The position numbers and the translations under genes are program-made. Shown here one piece after another: positions 1 to 12,400 of a stretch of DNA of 64,000 nt (positions within the stretch are counted from its first letter, which is position 1; each line of letters starts with the position of its first letter). Origin of the DNA: Phoronis australis (lineage: Eukaryota; Animalia; Phoronida); contig NMRA01000468.1 of NCBI GenBank assembly GCA_002633005.1, positions 62,001 through 126,000 of the forward strand, in the 5' to 3' direction. A model generated the notes under the pieces. That model saw nothing but the letters and a program-made list of their open reading frames with translations, was not told the DNA's origin and did no database searches.

Positions 1-854
1 TCTCCAAACGCTTCCTTTTTCCCACTTTTTGGAGATGTTACTACTTTTTTCAAATTCCTATTTCTTGTCAAGATTTTGTCGACGAGTAAATTTCTTGAAT
101 CTAACAACGAAATATCTAGTTGTCAGAACTAAAATAAACTGCAATAATCATGGCTACTGTTGGATCGCACAATGGCTCCTCTCTGACACCAAGAACTGTG
201 ATATTCCAAGAAGGGCTGATTGAAATAACGGTGTCAAAGCTGGATATTAAATGCAGAGGAGAAGCTATGGATTGGCTGGAATTATTTGGATAAGTTTGGG
301 TTTACACATAAGTGTTCTGCATTTGATAAATACCTTCAGTGGTTTATCCATCCGTTCAGGTATATCTGCATTGCAATTTCTTTCCAGATTATAATGTTAG
401 GGCATAACCCAATAGAAGTTTCTGACCATCACAATTTCACAAATTCAACTTTTAAATACGCAATGGTCGCTCTAACTGTTCCTACTTTTTCCTTCTTTTT
501 TGTGAAGTGACTTTCCTATTTTTTCCTATTTTTGTGAAAAACTCTTGGGAGGCTTGTTAAGTTTAAGGGATGTTGATTTTGCGGTGAATTTTTTGTTATT
601 TTGGCATTACGTAATAAGCCTGCTACATCAAAATTCACAATTACCTCGAACTAAACAATATGCCAACTCTAGTGTAGACATCAGGTACAACTTAATTCAA
701 ACGGCAATTTTGTGCTGGTGGTTATTTGTTGTCTGTGTGTGCTGGGAGGGTTGTTTGTGTGTTTGTGTATGTGGGCCTACCATCTTTGTTAAACGTAAGA
801 TTGTATGTGTGCAAGTAAGAGTGCAAGCAAGTAAGGTACTGTAACATGTGTATT

Positions 855-980
855 CTCGTTGGCATGCTCGTTGGCATGCTCGTTGGCATGCTCGTTGGCA
901 TGCTCATATTAGTGGCATGCTCGTTGGCATGCTCGTTGGCATGCTCATATTGTTGGCATGCTCGTTGGCATGCTCGTTGG
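855..980 (+). repeat. 12-bp intronic minisatellite (CTCGTTGGCATG)n
   Basis: Direct tandem copies with two interruptions; it produces the spurious WHAR/MLVG/MPTS ORFs. Confidence 0.95.
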
Positions 981-1403
981 CTTGTATTTCACGTTGTAGT
1001 TGGATGTATATGTTTTCATATGCTATTGCTTGCTTGGATGTTGGTCGCGTGAAGCCGTGTCTAAGATATCCAGAATTTAGCTAATGATTTAAGTATTAAG
1101 CACTTGAAAAAACAAGGATGGAAATTTTTAAAATAGCCGCGATGAGAGTGAAGCCTTATATTAACTCGCTCGTCTTGTGAAACGGAAATTGTTAGTTTGT
1201 ATTCAAGACAGTATAGTAACTGGAAAGGCACAAGAAAACATCCAATATGAAACGTGTGCATATTATTTAGGATATAGCCACCTGTGCACATAACTGAAGC
1301 TTTGACGCATGCGCGAAATACTTGAGCAAAAATTTGAAAAACGCTTGTGCCCACATGCGTTAGTGTGCTATATTCGTCTCATTGAATCTTTGTTACACCA
1401 CAG

Positions 1404-1550
1404 GGCTCCATCATGGACGACTGCTGTATGGTGGCCTGTTGCTATTCTTGCGCCTTGTGCCAGCTGTCTCGAGAGGTCGACATAATGAATAACACCACGG
1501 TGATTGTACAGGGAGGCGCCACCACCACCACCGTCACAAACGTCATATAA
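1404..1550 (+). CDS. Terminal coding exon of an upstream PLAC8/cornifelin-family paralog (earlier exons lie outside the window)
   Basis: Acceptor ccacag| then GSIMDDCCMVACCYSCALCQLSREVDIMNNTTVIVQGGATTTTVTNVI*; GS..DC...CC..C..CQ..RE is the PLAC8 C-terminal motif; near-identical to 19551-19700. Confidence 0.9.
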   Translation, partial: GSIMDDCCMVACCYSCALCQLSREVDIMNNTTVIVQGGATTTTVTNVI

Positions 1551-2510
1551 AGCACCTCCGGTGTATTACACCGTTCTCATGTGCTGCGTGTTAATCTACA
1601 TATGCTTGCTGACTTCAGCACCTGTATATTATAATAGGTTGCACTAAGCACACTTGGGGAGACCCAGTTTCAAGCTAGTATGTTTAAGTGAATTCAACAC
1701 ATGAAGAGTAAGGGTCATGAGTTCCGCCCGGTACATAGTACACTCTTAGAAGAGTAGCGTCTTCCTTTCGAATTGAATTATTTCTTATATTAGGCGCAAG
1801 GATCAACACACACACACAAGCACACGCACAAACACATGCGCGCACGAGCGCACACACACACACCCCCTCGACACTGCTTTTTGTAAGAAACTAACTTTTA
1901 AGTTAGTTTTACTTAAAAGTAAATCGTTCGTAGATTTCATTAAAAAGCTTGACAAAGACTGTTGTCTAATTTTCTTATAAACAGGTTTATTTTAGCACTA
2001 TTTAGCCGGGTCTTTAATTAATATACAACAACAGCACATTATCTTTTTGCGCTTTGGTCAGATTATCTCCACATGTAACGGTATAGCAACGCAGTATTTG
2101 CAAACGAACAAAGCATGACATGATAAATGTCGGGCATTAAAAGCAATTCCACGCGATTCGTTCTGTTTTTAATAGCTTTTCCTGCTTTACTTTTTAGTAA
2201 GGGGTCTCTTTGTTGAACTATTTTTGAGCGGACTCATGAAATGTTAATACGTTGTTAGGTAGTTCTGTTTGGGTCTTCTAATACATGAGATGGTACCACT
2301 ACCTAGTGACTGGGACACCAGTCACAATCCTCATCGTTTTTAGTTTAGAACTGAACAATGCAAATTTCTTCCATTTAAAATGTTAATAACGCTTTGTAGC
2401 TCAATACTGGTTAATTTTAACCAAGTAATCTAATGTTCATATTTCTATCAAGCATCGAATAATGCAGTACTACAAACCTACAAAAACCTCTGACTGAGAT
2501 ACTAATCGTT

Positions 2511-4595
2511 GCCGCCAGAGTACGCCACGCATAGACTGGCAGCTGCGGTACCAACCTCTCATCTCACGAGCACTTAGACTGCATCCCAGTATACAGCATG
2601 TCTGACGGTGTCTGCACTCTGGGTATGGCCCCTGGCGACCTTGCAACATACATGTAGGAGGATAAAACTGAGTTAGAAGAGGGATAAAAATTGAGCTAGA
2701 TAGAAAAATAGGGCCACTCTGCCTTCTAGTAGTGAGTGGGCCCTGATCCGTGAGTGAGTAGTTTTAATTCACTTGGCAATTTTATTTTCGTGTTTTCCAT
2801 CATTTTCATTTCAAACGTGAAAAGTTATAGCGTTTAAAGTTGCACAAATGAATTTGGTGAAACATGTGGTAGTAAACTATTGAAATTTTGAGTGTAATTT
2901 ACAATGCGTAATTATTCCATCAAAAATATTGTGTCTAGCACATTATTGAAACACTGTTGGTGACAATTATGGAAATCAAACTCAAAATTATTTTTGGCAT
3001 TTGCCATTCTATTTTTGTGCCAACTCAAGATAAGCGTGTTTGAGTGTATTATGGTTTATACATAAGTTTGCACTTGACAAACCCTAGATTCGAGCGCCAC
3101 AAATTCGAGTAAAAACTTTCGAGTTCATATATGAATTTTTATCCTCATGCTGAGGTTAAATGTTTAAACCAGGATTGGACAGGTATTCACGTGAGCCATT
3201 ATGTACACAAGCATAGATTAATATTGAGACACTTATTTTGAGTTCGCACAAAAGTAGAACAGCAAATGCCGAAAACTATTTTGAATTAGTTTTCGAGTAA
3301 AAATATTAGACACTGGTCCTTTGGCCCACTCAGTTCACTCGAACAGTTCTTTATACTAGTACGCATGGATGGTAGCCAGTCGATATTTTTCTTGAAGATG
3401 TTCTTTCTGCCAATGGGTCATGACCAAGATGATAAATATTCTACCGTTAAATTCATGAAAAGCTGCCCGAGTAGAAACTATTTCCCGAAAACATATTGAA
3501 TAAATAACAAAAACAAAACAGTACGTGTATTAAGGTTTAAAATGGTGATCANGCCGCCAGAGTACGCCACGCATAGACTGGCAGCTACGGTACCATCCTC
3601 TCATCTCACGAGCACTTAGACTGCATCCCAGTATACAGCATGTCTGACGGTGTCTGCACTCTGGGTATGGCTCCTGGCGACCTTGCAACATACATGTAGG
3701 AGGATAAAACTGAGTTAGAAGAGGGATAAAAATTGAGCTAGATAGTACTCGAGGTACCGGTCAAAATGAAAAATAGGGCCACTCTGCCTTCTAGTAGTGA
3801 GTGGGCCCTGATCCGTGTAAGATGAATGAGTAGTTTTAATTCACTTGGCAATTTTATTTTCGTGTTTTCCATCATTTTCAAACGTGAAAAGTTATAGCGT
3901 TTAAAGTTGCACAAATGAATTTGGTGAAACATGGTAGTAAACTGTTGAAATTTTGAGTGTAATTTACAATGCGTAATTATTCCATCAAAAATATTGTGTC
4001 TAGCACATTATTGAAACACTGTTGGTGACAATTATGGAAATCAAACTCAAAATTATTTTTGTGCCAACTCAAGATAAGCGTGTTTGAGTGTATTATGGTT
4101 TATACATAAGTTTGCACTTGACAAACCCTAGATTCGAGCGCCACAAATTCGAGTAAAAACTTTCGAGTTCATATATGAATTTTTATCCTCATGCTGAGGT
4201 TAAATGTTTAAACCAGGATTGGACAGGTATTCACGTGAGCCATTATGTACACAAGCATAGATTAATATTGAGACACTTATTTTGAGTTCGCACAAAAGTA
4301 GAACAGCAAATGCCGAAAACTATTTTGAATTAGTTTTCGAGTAAAAATATTAGACACTGGTCCTTTGGCCCACTCAGTTCACTCGAACAGTTCTTTATAC
4401 TAGTACGCATGGATGGTAGCCAGTCGATATTTTTCTTGAAGATGTTCTTTCTGCCAATGGGTCATGACCAAGATGATAAATATTCTACCGTTAAATTCAT
4501 GAAAAGCTGCCCGAGTAGAAACTATTTCCCGAAAACATATTGAATAAATAACAAAAACAAAACAGTACGTGTATTAAGGTTTAAAATGGTGATCA
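2511..4595 (+). repeat. ~1.04-kb near-identical tandem duplication (2511-3551 / 3553-4595) joined by a single N; probably an assembly overlap artefact
   Basis: Both copies start gccgccagagtacgcc and end aaaatggtgatca; there is an N at 3552 and a few small indels. Confidence 0.85.
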
Positions 4596-6302
4596 GCGTC
4601 TTTAGTCATATCTAAAGCGGTTTTAACCCACCCCCGTCTGTCACACAAAAACAACTTTTTGTTCAGCCTACTCTCGTCAGGTAGGTCATAGTGCGACACC
4701 TGGGTAGGGAAATAACTGACAGTTAGTTATTACTTGAGACTGTGCTCTACGAAGATGACTTGTCAGGGCGTGTCATTTTATTCCACGAGGATGGTATAAA
4801 GAAATAACGGACTGTCAGTTCCTTGCATGACCAAAACCATCTCTCATCTGTGTAGGCCGAGTTGAGACCAACTTTATAGCGGCATGTGGTCTAAACACAA
4901 AATATCGACAGAACACTGGTTTATTGTCGGATTAAACTGACAGCAACGATCGAGGGTCATACTGTGGAATTTTACGGTAATCTATTGTCAACGGAGGCAT
5001 GCCAGCAGGGGTATTCAACGTCATAGCATGACCTGAAAAGGCGTGAATTTACGAGGCAAATTTCAGATATTAAGCGTTCACGAAACGTGTCTGTAGCTCA
5101 GTTACTGCAAGGGGAACTGGGTGTGGAATATTGTCAACACTGTGACCTTTCCATGGGCATTTCGTTGAGTGGGGTTGAGTTCCGAAAACGCAAGAATCTT
5201 AAGAAGGAAGCTACTCCAGCCTGATCACGTGCTTCGCTTGCAATCCATGGTGATACCTCGCGAAATCTTGAAGTTGCGTCTTCGCGAGGCTCCTGCGTCT
5301 ACTTCTCGTCACCTAAGTTTCCTGGTGGGGGGTGCACTCAGTCAGGAGTACCCCCTTGGTTATGGGCTTGGCGAAATTGGCCTCTATGTTCACTAGCATG
5401 TCGAAAATTTATTTGCAGACCACTGTACCTGACTATCATTCCATCTTGTAATTCGAAAACACCCCTATGTAAAAGAATGGGTTCGTCCTATACATGTGTA
5501 TCGTAAGTCTGAGGCCAGTGGCGCGAAAGTACCGGCATAACGCAGAGCCTGTGTGCGGTGCACTACCACACTCTTTGCTGCCACTAAAAGGCGGCTCTGT
5601 CAGCATTTCGCGAAGTTTTCCAAGAAATTCTACTTCGCATTCGTGACTCTTTGACCTTCTCCAGTGACTGCTGTAGCAAGAGTGGATTACTAAATTGAGA
5701 TATTAGATTTCATCTGGCGAATAACGCCTGTAAAACTGTAAGTGTCCAAATTTATTCATTGAGTATCTGTGAAATGGAACTTTAGTTCATTCTGCTTTAG
5801 TCATCGTCGTGTTGTTTATGTGCCGTGGCCGGGCGTGGTGTGGTGCCATGATATTCGCAGTTATGCTGTACACTCCATCGTTGTAGTGCACACTTTTGTG
5901 TGTTAGTAGGTTGTGCACGTGTTCTATTATTTATGAACATGTTCAGTAGATTCATGGAATTGCCCGACGTGCCCTGAAAAATATTCTGCTGACAGGGTTG
6001 AACTCCGAGTCAGAATAAGTGTCATCGTCAGTCAGTAGGTCTATATGTTCACTGCCTTTGATTTGACTGGGTTATTCAGGATTTTGATATTAGACAGGAT
6101 TGGGCCATTCAGAAACTTGGGATTTTACGTTGTGCACATGTGTACCGACTGACCGCAAATAGGGCAACTAATACTAGCCCCTCGCCTTTTAGGCGGCGCA
6201 TGATCTCGCTTTAGGCGGGCGATTGATCCCACTTTAGGCGAGCATCTGTTGAATATATACACATTTACCGGTAGTTCTTTTGATTGATCACGTAGTCTAG
6301 CC

Positions 6303-6460
6303 AGCCTCCCGTTCAGTAACGCTAGGACCTCGCTAAAAGGCAAGACTTTGCGAGATTACGTGAGATATTGCCGTGCATTTTGAATGAGAACACGTGACTT
6401 TGACTAGCTTTTAGGTAGGTCCTAGCGTAGGTCCTAGCGTCTACTGAACGCACGCCAGGC
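6303..6460. mobile_element. MITE-like interspersed element; inverted copies at ~30008-30135 (partial) and ~33906-34063
   Basis: Terminal inverted repeats cgttcagtaacgctaggac ... gtcctagcgtctactgaacg; three related copies in the window. Confidence 0.75.
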
Positions 6461-6940
6461 CTAATTGTCTTGTGAGCCCAGCACGCGCGTTGTGATTGTC
6501 TGTAACATTATCCGTATAGGCCTAATAATGCAGCTTGGTCAGTGCTGCCTCATTCGTTGGCTCAAGCATTATTGCACGGGTTCACATGAGCGGCGATCAC
6601 ACAAGAAATCCCTAGCAGGTGCTGTGGACTGTCATTCCGCCGGCCGGAGGGCCGTTCTGGTCACTCACCGTCCGTTGAACACTAAGGAATTTATTTTTCT
6701 CCTGGCGAGAAAATCGTCTCGAAATAGGTCATTTTGGTCGATCAGCACATATGGGCAGCTAACTATAGGGGGTTTGGGGGCTATACTCTCCCCCACTTTT
6801 CAGTGCTGCCCGCCCATGCATCATACTCTATGAATTCTGCCGTAGTCTTTTATCACAGTGACAAGCTGTGGACCAGGTTAACTGTAGCCTGTGATCACCG
6901 GTGACAAGGTGTGGACCGGGTTTACTGTAGTTTGGGATCA

Positions 6941-7270
6941 CATAGGCGGATTTAGGTGCCCCCCTCCCCCTGGCTGCCGAAAAAAAATACAACGGCAAGA
7001 GCGTGAGGAAATATTGAGTTTAATTAACCCCCGTAAGTAACATGCGACTGATACAAGATTTAGCAGTGTGTGGTGCCTGAGTTTGTCCGGTTTCTTTATC
7101 TTTTCTCTTTTTAGCCCTGCGTTTGTTTTTCGGTAAAAAGGACCCCATCATCAGAAATTCGAGTCCTCTATATTTTAGGCTGGGTGCGCGCATGCAATCG
7201 TTCCTTGCCCGATTGCCCGAGATTAAATGTTGAGCCCCCCCCCCCTTATGATATCCTAGATCCGCCAGTG
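6941..7270. mobile_element. Short non-autonomous DNA element with CA(G/T)(T/A)GGCGGAT...ATCCGCC termini; relatives at ~44657-44818, with ends at ~13845, ~24440 and ~46374
   Basis: cataggcggatttagg ... tagatccgccagtg inverted ends with G/C runs; it interrupts a tandem repeat (gatcaccggtgacaaggtgtg at ~6895 and ~7350). Confidence 0.6.
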
Positions 7271-8715
7271 TTTCAAGACATGGACGGGGCTAAGGGTAAT
7301 CTATGGTCATAGTGAGGATGAATAAACCAGGCTAACTGTAGCCTCTGATCACCGGTGACAAGGTGTGACAAGCCTGGAGGAGTTACTGATATTGGCAAGG
7401 TGCCGGCAGGCGTGTACCAAAAATTGCTGAGAGACCCCCTATTGCGGGTGCCCGTTTTGCTAAGTCCAACCCCTTTTGCAGGGTAAATTTTTCTTCCTGA
7501 TCCCCTTTTGCGGGGTATTTTTTTCTGAAAATGGAAATTAAGGGACCTATCGGTCCCAGCGCACGTTCGGCAAAACGTACTGAAAAGGTTCCGCCTAGTA
7601 CCCGCAATTTTCGTTCACGCGTGCGGACACTTTGTCAATATGAGTGACGCCCGGGACGTCAAGTCTACATTTAAATTCTGCGAAAACATGTTAAGTCAGA
7701 CATTTTAGTGATACGGCAGACCCCATGTGTAAAAAGTCGTGTAGCATTGGTATGAAAGGCCGTGTAGCATAGGTACGAAGCTTATGTGTTTTGACCTTCA
7801 TTCATTCGCAGCTAGCTAGCTGGCTAGATAAAAGCCAAGGCCTTGTCGAGTATAGAACTTTATCTATTCTCAAATATGAAGTCAACATGAACTAAAAATT
7901 AATACAAACTTTTATTGACATTTTGGTCAGGCTAGTGTAAAACTTAGGGTCCTGTGGGACCGCATCTACAAGGCTGTACATTTAGCCAAATATTTACTAG
8001 ACTACAGGATTTGACTAAGCAAAAGTATGTAGTTTCTGAAACCAGAACTTCCATAGAACTTGATTGTTGACTTTATGCCAACATTCCATTAATGAGCTCC
8101 CGTGACCATGCCTTTTTAAATAAAATTTAGCGAAAGACAGGTGCATTTGTAAAAAAAACTGTTGCAATTGCATGATTAAGTTTCACACGATGTAAATTTT
8201 TAGGATAAAATCTCAGGAAGCTGTTACAGTTTTCGTAAGTATCGTTTAGTTTTCGTTTTATGCATCTTTGATTTTTTTCATGAAAATCATGCAAGTCGTA
8301 TCTACGTAACGGTAGATCCAGCAGATGGCGTTATCCAATCGGTTGTAAAACTCGTCTTCAATCTCTGTTCACATTGTCTTCATTCGCTCCTCGCATATAT
8401 CAATTACCTTATCAGCACCTCTTTCCATGTTGGGTGAACGGATTCCAACGCACTTCGTGTGAATATGAATCCAGTTATGACTGAGCACGATGTAAGGCTT
8501 GCCAATACGATTGTATGCTAGTGTACGTCATCATACACCATCATGCGTCGGAGCAGTCTGCAGGACCAAAGGATGTGAAAGTTGCGTTCAGTTTATCATG
8601 TTGCACTGCTGAGATTGAGAACAATGAACGTACAAAGCCCTGGGGACAATTGTCTGATTTGTTACTGAATACCAACCTTTTTCTGAAGACATATATGACG
8701 CGTAATCTAGCTCTG

Positions 8716-8961
8716 GGACCCGTTCCAACAAAACTGACTTAGCTAAGACAAATCTTAATTTTAGTAAATTTTAAAATAAAAGTTAAACTTGTCTGAAAAC
8801 CAATTCGAAAAAGAGATCTTAAGTTTTACTTAAGTGTTTGACGTAAGTTTTTTCTTAACTTGACTAATTTACCGAATGTGGAAGTTTAAAAGTTTGGAAT
8901 TCAAGACAAATCTTAAACTTAACTCAAAAATGAACTTAAGTCAGTTTCTTGGAACAGGCCC
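8716..8961. mobile_element. MITE with GG(G/A)CC(C/T)GTT termini and a CTG target-site duplication (PIF/Harbinger-like by inference)
   Basis: TIRs ggacccgttccaacaaaactgacttag / cttaagtcagtttcttggaacaggccc; CTG flanks at 8713-8715 and 8962-8964. Confidence 0.75.
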
Positions 8962-9008
8962 CTGGCCTATAGCTTCCCGAATGTCGGCGCCATGGTCCTT
9001 TAAACGTT

Positions 9009-9032
9009 TGACGTCATCCTTTGCGTATAAAA
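9009..9032 (+). promoter_or_regulatory. Candidate promoter of the PLAC8-family gene: palindromic CRE (TGACGTCA) plus TATA box (TATAAAA)
   Basis: TGACGTCA at 9009-9016 and TATAAAA at 9026-9032, ~400 bp upstream of the acceptor (9441-9442) of the first coding exon. Confidence 0.5.
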
Positions 9033-9453
9033 CGACTCACTCGATCCATTCTTGGTCCTTCTAAAGCAGGCTGACACACTCTCCCGTTTGCTGTGGGCAT
9101 CAGTAACTTCATCGGCAATTATTGAGATATTTAAAAGCGAGTTCATCAAATCACTGTTGCAGCGACTATAAAATAATTGAAAAAAAATAAAACAAGATAA
9201 TTTATCTATCTAAGTGTATAAATGATTTATTTTCAGCTTATTTACAGTTGATCATTATGCCAACGATAGACCCGCCTGGGTGCAGGGGGTCGGATAGACC
9301 CGCCTGGGTGCAGGGGGTCGGATAGCCAACATGTGTACTTAAGTTAATGGACGGATGGTGAAATTTCTCAATTCCCAGAGGTCTTCGTTGTACTTATGCC
9401 AAGATATTTATGGCGTGGAAATGTCGTCTCTCTTGTTTACAGAGTGACCAAAG

Positions 9454-12400
9454 ATGGCTCAGTTTAACAAAGAGTCTTACGGTTATGACCAGCCTGGACA
9501 ACCTCCGTCATATCAACCCGCATCAATGCCCTATGGCGCTCACGGGGACGCTGTCATGGCCCAGCCTATGGTATGTACTTTTTATGCGCCCACATATTTA
9601 TATGTGGACGCATTATGCCGTCATCTCCGTCCGTCCGTCCGGGCGGCGTCCGTCTGGCGTCCGGCGTCCGCTGCTTTATCTCCAAAATCCTTTGACATAC
9701 GTTCATGAAATTTGGCACATATGTTCCATTCATGAATGGGACGGCATGTGCGAACTTCCGGACGGATCCGACTGCCGGTGTGCCCCCTAGTGGCAATTTT
9801 AGTTTTTTACGCTTACCTTTGTATCTTCAAAAAGTCCTGAACGGATTTTCATGAAATTTGGTATGTAGGCACATATTAGTGAGATGACGCTATCCTGCCG
9901 TTTTCAGATGGATTCGACATAGTTTGCGCCACCTAGTGGCCATTTTTAGTGTTTTCGAGTCTGTTTTTGTGCGTCCACCCCTCTATCAACCAAACCGCTC
10001 AAAGGATGATTGTGAAAATTGGCATGTATATGCTTACTATGTAGAGGACGGTTGACGATGATTTTCCGACGATTTCGACNNNNNNNNNNNNNNNNNNNNN
10101 NNNNNNNNNNNNNNNNNNNNNNNNNNNNNNNNNNNNNNNNNNNNNNNNNNNNNNNNNNNNNNNNNNNNNNNNNNNNNNNNNNNNNNNNNNNNNNNNNNNN
10201 NNNNNNNNNNNNNNNNNNNNNNNNNNNNNNNNNNNNNNNNNNNNNNNNNNNNNNNNNNNNNNNNNNNNNNNNNNNNNNNNNNNNNNNNNNNNNNNNNNNN
10301 NNNNNNNNNNNNNNNNNNNNNNNNNNNNNNNNNNNNNNNNNNNNNNNNNNNNNNNNNNNNNNNNNNNNNNNNNNNNNNNNNNNNNNNNNNNNNNNNNNNN
10401 NNNNNNNNNNNAAATTTGTTTCTGGCATTCTAATGCTGTGCTAATCTCGTATGTTGGTAAATTTGTTTTTAATTCTATGTTTCTGTGGTGCTTTAAGCAA
10501 CTGATGTATAGGATGTGCTTGTATTATGAAGATCACTCACATTTTGCCCCTAGCCTATTGAGGAGACAATGACTATGCCTTTCCATTTTGCAAAGTACAA
10601 CATACTACATATATGCCCTCTACTGGCCACTTTATGGTACCAATAAACAACCCTAGAAGGATACCATATGCGGTGCAATTGTGGGCGCATTTCAACGCTC
10701 TGCGTTGCTCATGTGTTGTGTTTTTGTTCGATCTAACACCTTCCCTTCAGCCGGTTGCTTAATTCAAATGTGATATAAACTGCATGGTACAGTACATTTT
10801 ATCAAAGTTCTGGGGTAATTTGCATAAAAAGCAACCGATAAATCTCCAATAGTTACAAGTTGTTGTGCCACGTCGCAATCACAGATAACTGTTCAAAAAG
10901 GCTTGAGATTTGAAGTAAAGTGAACTGACATTGACATCCAAAATTTCACTGACACGTCTTCGTCTACTCAGACTTCAGTGGCTTCCTGTTCAGAAGTACG
11001 AGGATGTTCGTGTGATTAGTGTAATACTAGATATAGTGTCTGTTTCCAGCCTGTTTCGACCAGCACTGTCATTGTCCAGCAGCCAACACCAACTGTTATG
11101 ATACAAGGACCGCGCACGTGGTCCTCGGGCATATGCGCCTGTTGTGAAGACATGACCATATGTAAGTCTTTTACTGATCAGTAACCGATGACTTATAATA
11201 ACAAGTAATGACAACGGAACCCCCCGGGATGCCTTTATGTTGTTGCAACGATAAGCATGCAATATTGGCTCTTACGCCTGTGCATGTGTTTCTTTTGAAG
11301 TAGGCTAAGCGGTCCGGCTACAAATTTAAGTGCTAGCGAAAACGCAGTTTTGTGTTAAATCAAACCTCCAACAAAGCGCTAGCAAAATTGACATTTGGAA
11401 CCTTACTCAAGACAGCGTTTTTGCTACTGGTGAAAACGCGAGTATTTTAAACAGTTTGTGAACGGGGTTGGTAATTAACTAGGGGGGGGGCTTAAACGGA
11501 TATTGTATTTTGAGCACCTGCAAATGATTACACATACGCGCACCTAAGGTATCTACAAAAACTAGACACTTCCTAAGAGTGGAAGCATATGACGTTGAAA
11601 CTATGCTTTCGAATGTCACCAGCGTTCCACATCGCGTCACAGCTCAGAGAATAAAATAAGGCAAAGGTCAAAAGTCACAGCCTAGCGATTCCATACAGAA
11701 CAAATGACAAAATAATCAGCATTGTGGAAACGCGATTGCAAAAGGTCGCACAGTTTGTCTGGGCGTTGATTCTGCACGCCATTAGAAGAATTTCAATGCG
11801 TAGAAAGAGTGCATTTCAGTTGCCACAACCTGGTAGTGGCCTTAAGACACTTGTGGCAGTTTCCGTGGCATCAGCTTCCAAACGTCATCTAATAAATGAG
11901 GCATTTTAAGACCCAACTGGCAGACGATCACGTACGCACGTTGCCAATTTTTCTGTGCCTGGTATGTTGCACTTTGACAACTAGAAACATTAATGGCCAT
12001 CCTGTAGCACACCCACGTAATACAGGATCGTGTTAGCGTACATTGGGGATGTTGGATGTTTTCAAGGCGTTGACCGAAACTGCCACTAGGACTAGTCCTG
12101 TTTTCAACATTAAAAAATGTATCGATATAATGTCCGGGATGAGCGTCTGTAAAACTTGGAAAGAAACGAAACAAATCTCAAAATCTGACACATAAATGTT
12201 GATAACTTTCGAAAGTATGGTGCGATTTTGATTTTTTCAGTTTTGTGACGTGTCTATTTCCGAAGATGCATGTTTTATCTCCACAGCGAAAAAATTTTTT
12301 TTGTTTCCCACACCATTAGTACACGCGATCACGGTGGCTGTAAAAGGACGGCACGGTGGAGAAAGCAGGCCCGCAGTATCAAGCTGCCTTTCTCGTAACT

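Larger units (their letters stand above)
1..2005 (+). repeat. Paralogous segment (last intron, last exon, 3'UTR) of the PLAC8-family tandem duplication; matches ~18390-20100
   Basis: Colinear similarity seen by eye, e.g. ctgttggatcgcacaatggctcctct at ~157 and ~18568, and ttattttagcacta at ~1987 and ~20081. Confidence 0.9.

Noticed and set aside
722-1084. ORFs with MPTS/MLVG/WHAR repeats
   Set aside because: Translations of a 12-bp intronic minisatellite
2511-4595. 1-kb tandem duplication as a real recent duplication or LTR pair
   Set aside because: The copies abut at a single N and differ only by small indels, which is typical of two haplotypes overlapping at a contig join
8340-8510. Minus-strand WIH.HTKCVGI...ICEE, a PHD-finger-like remnant (possibly LINE ORF1)
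   Set aside because: Too short and degenerate to support a call
9946-10444. Long ORFs spanning the gap
   Set aside because: Artefacts of the N run
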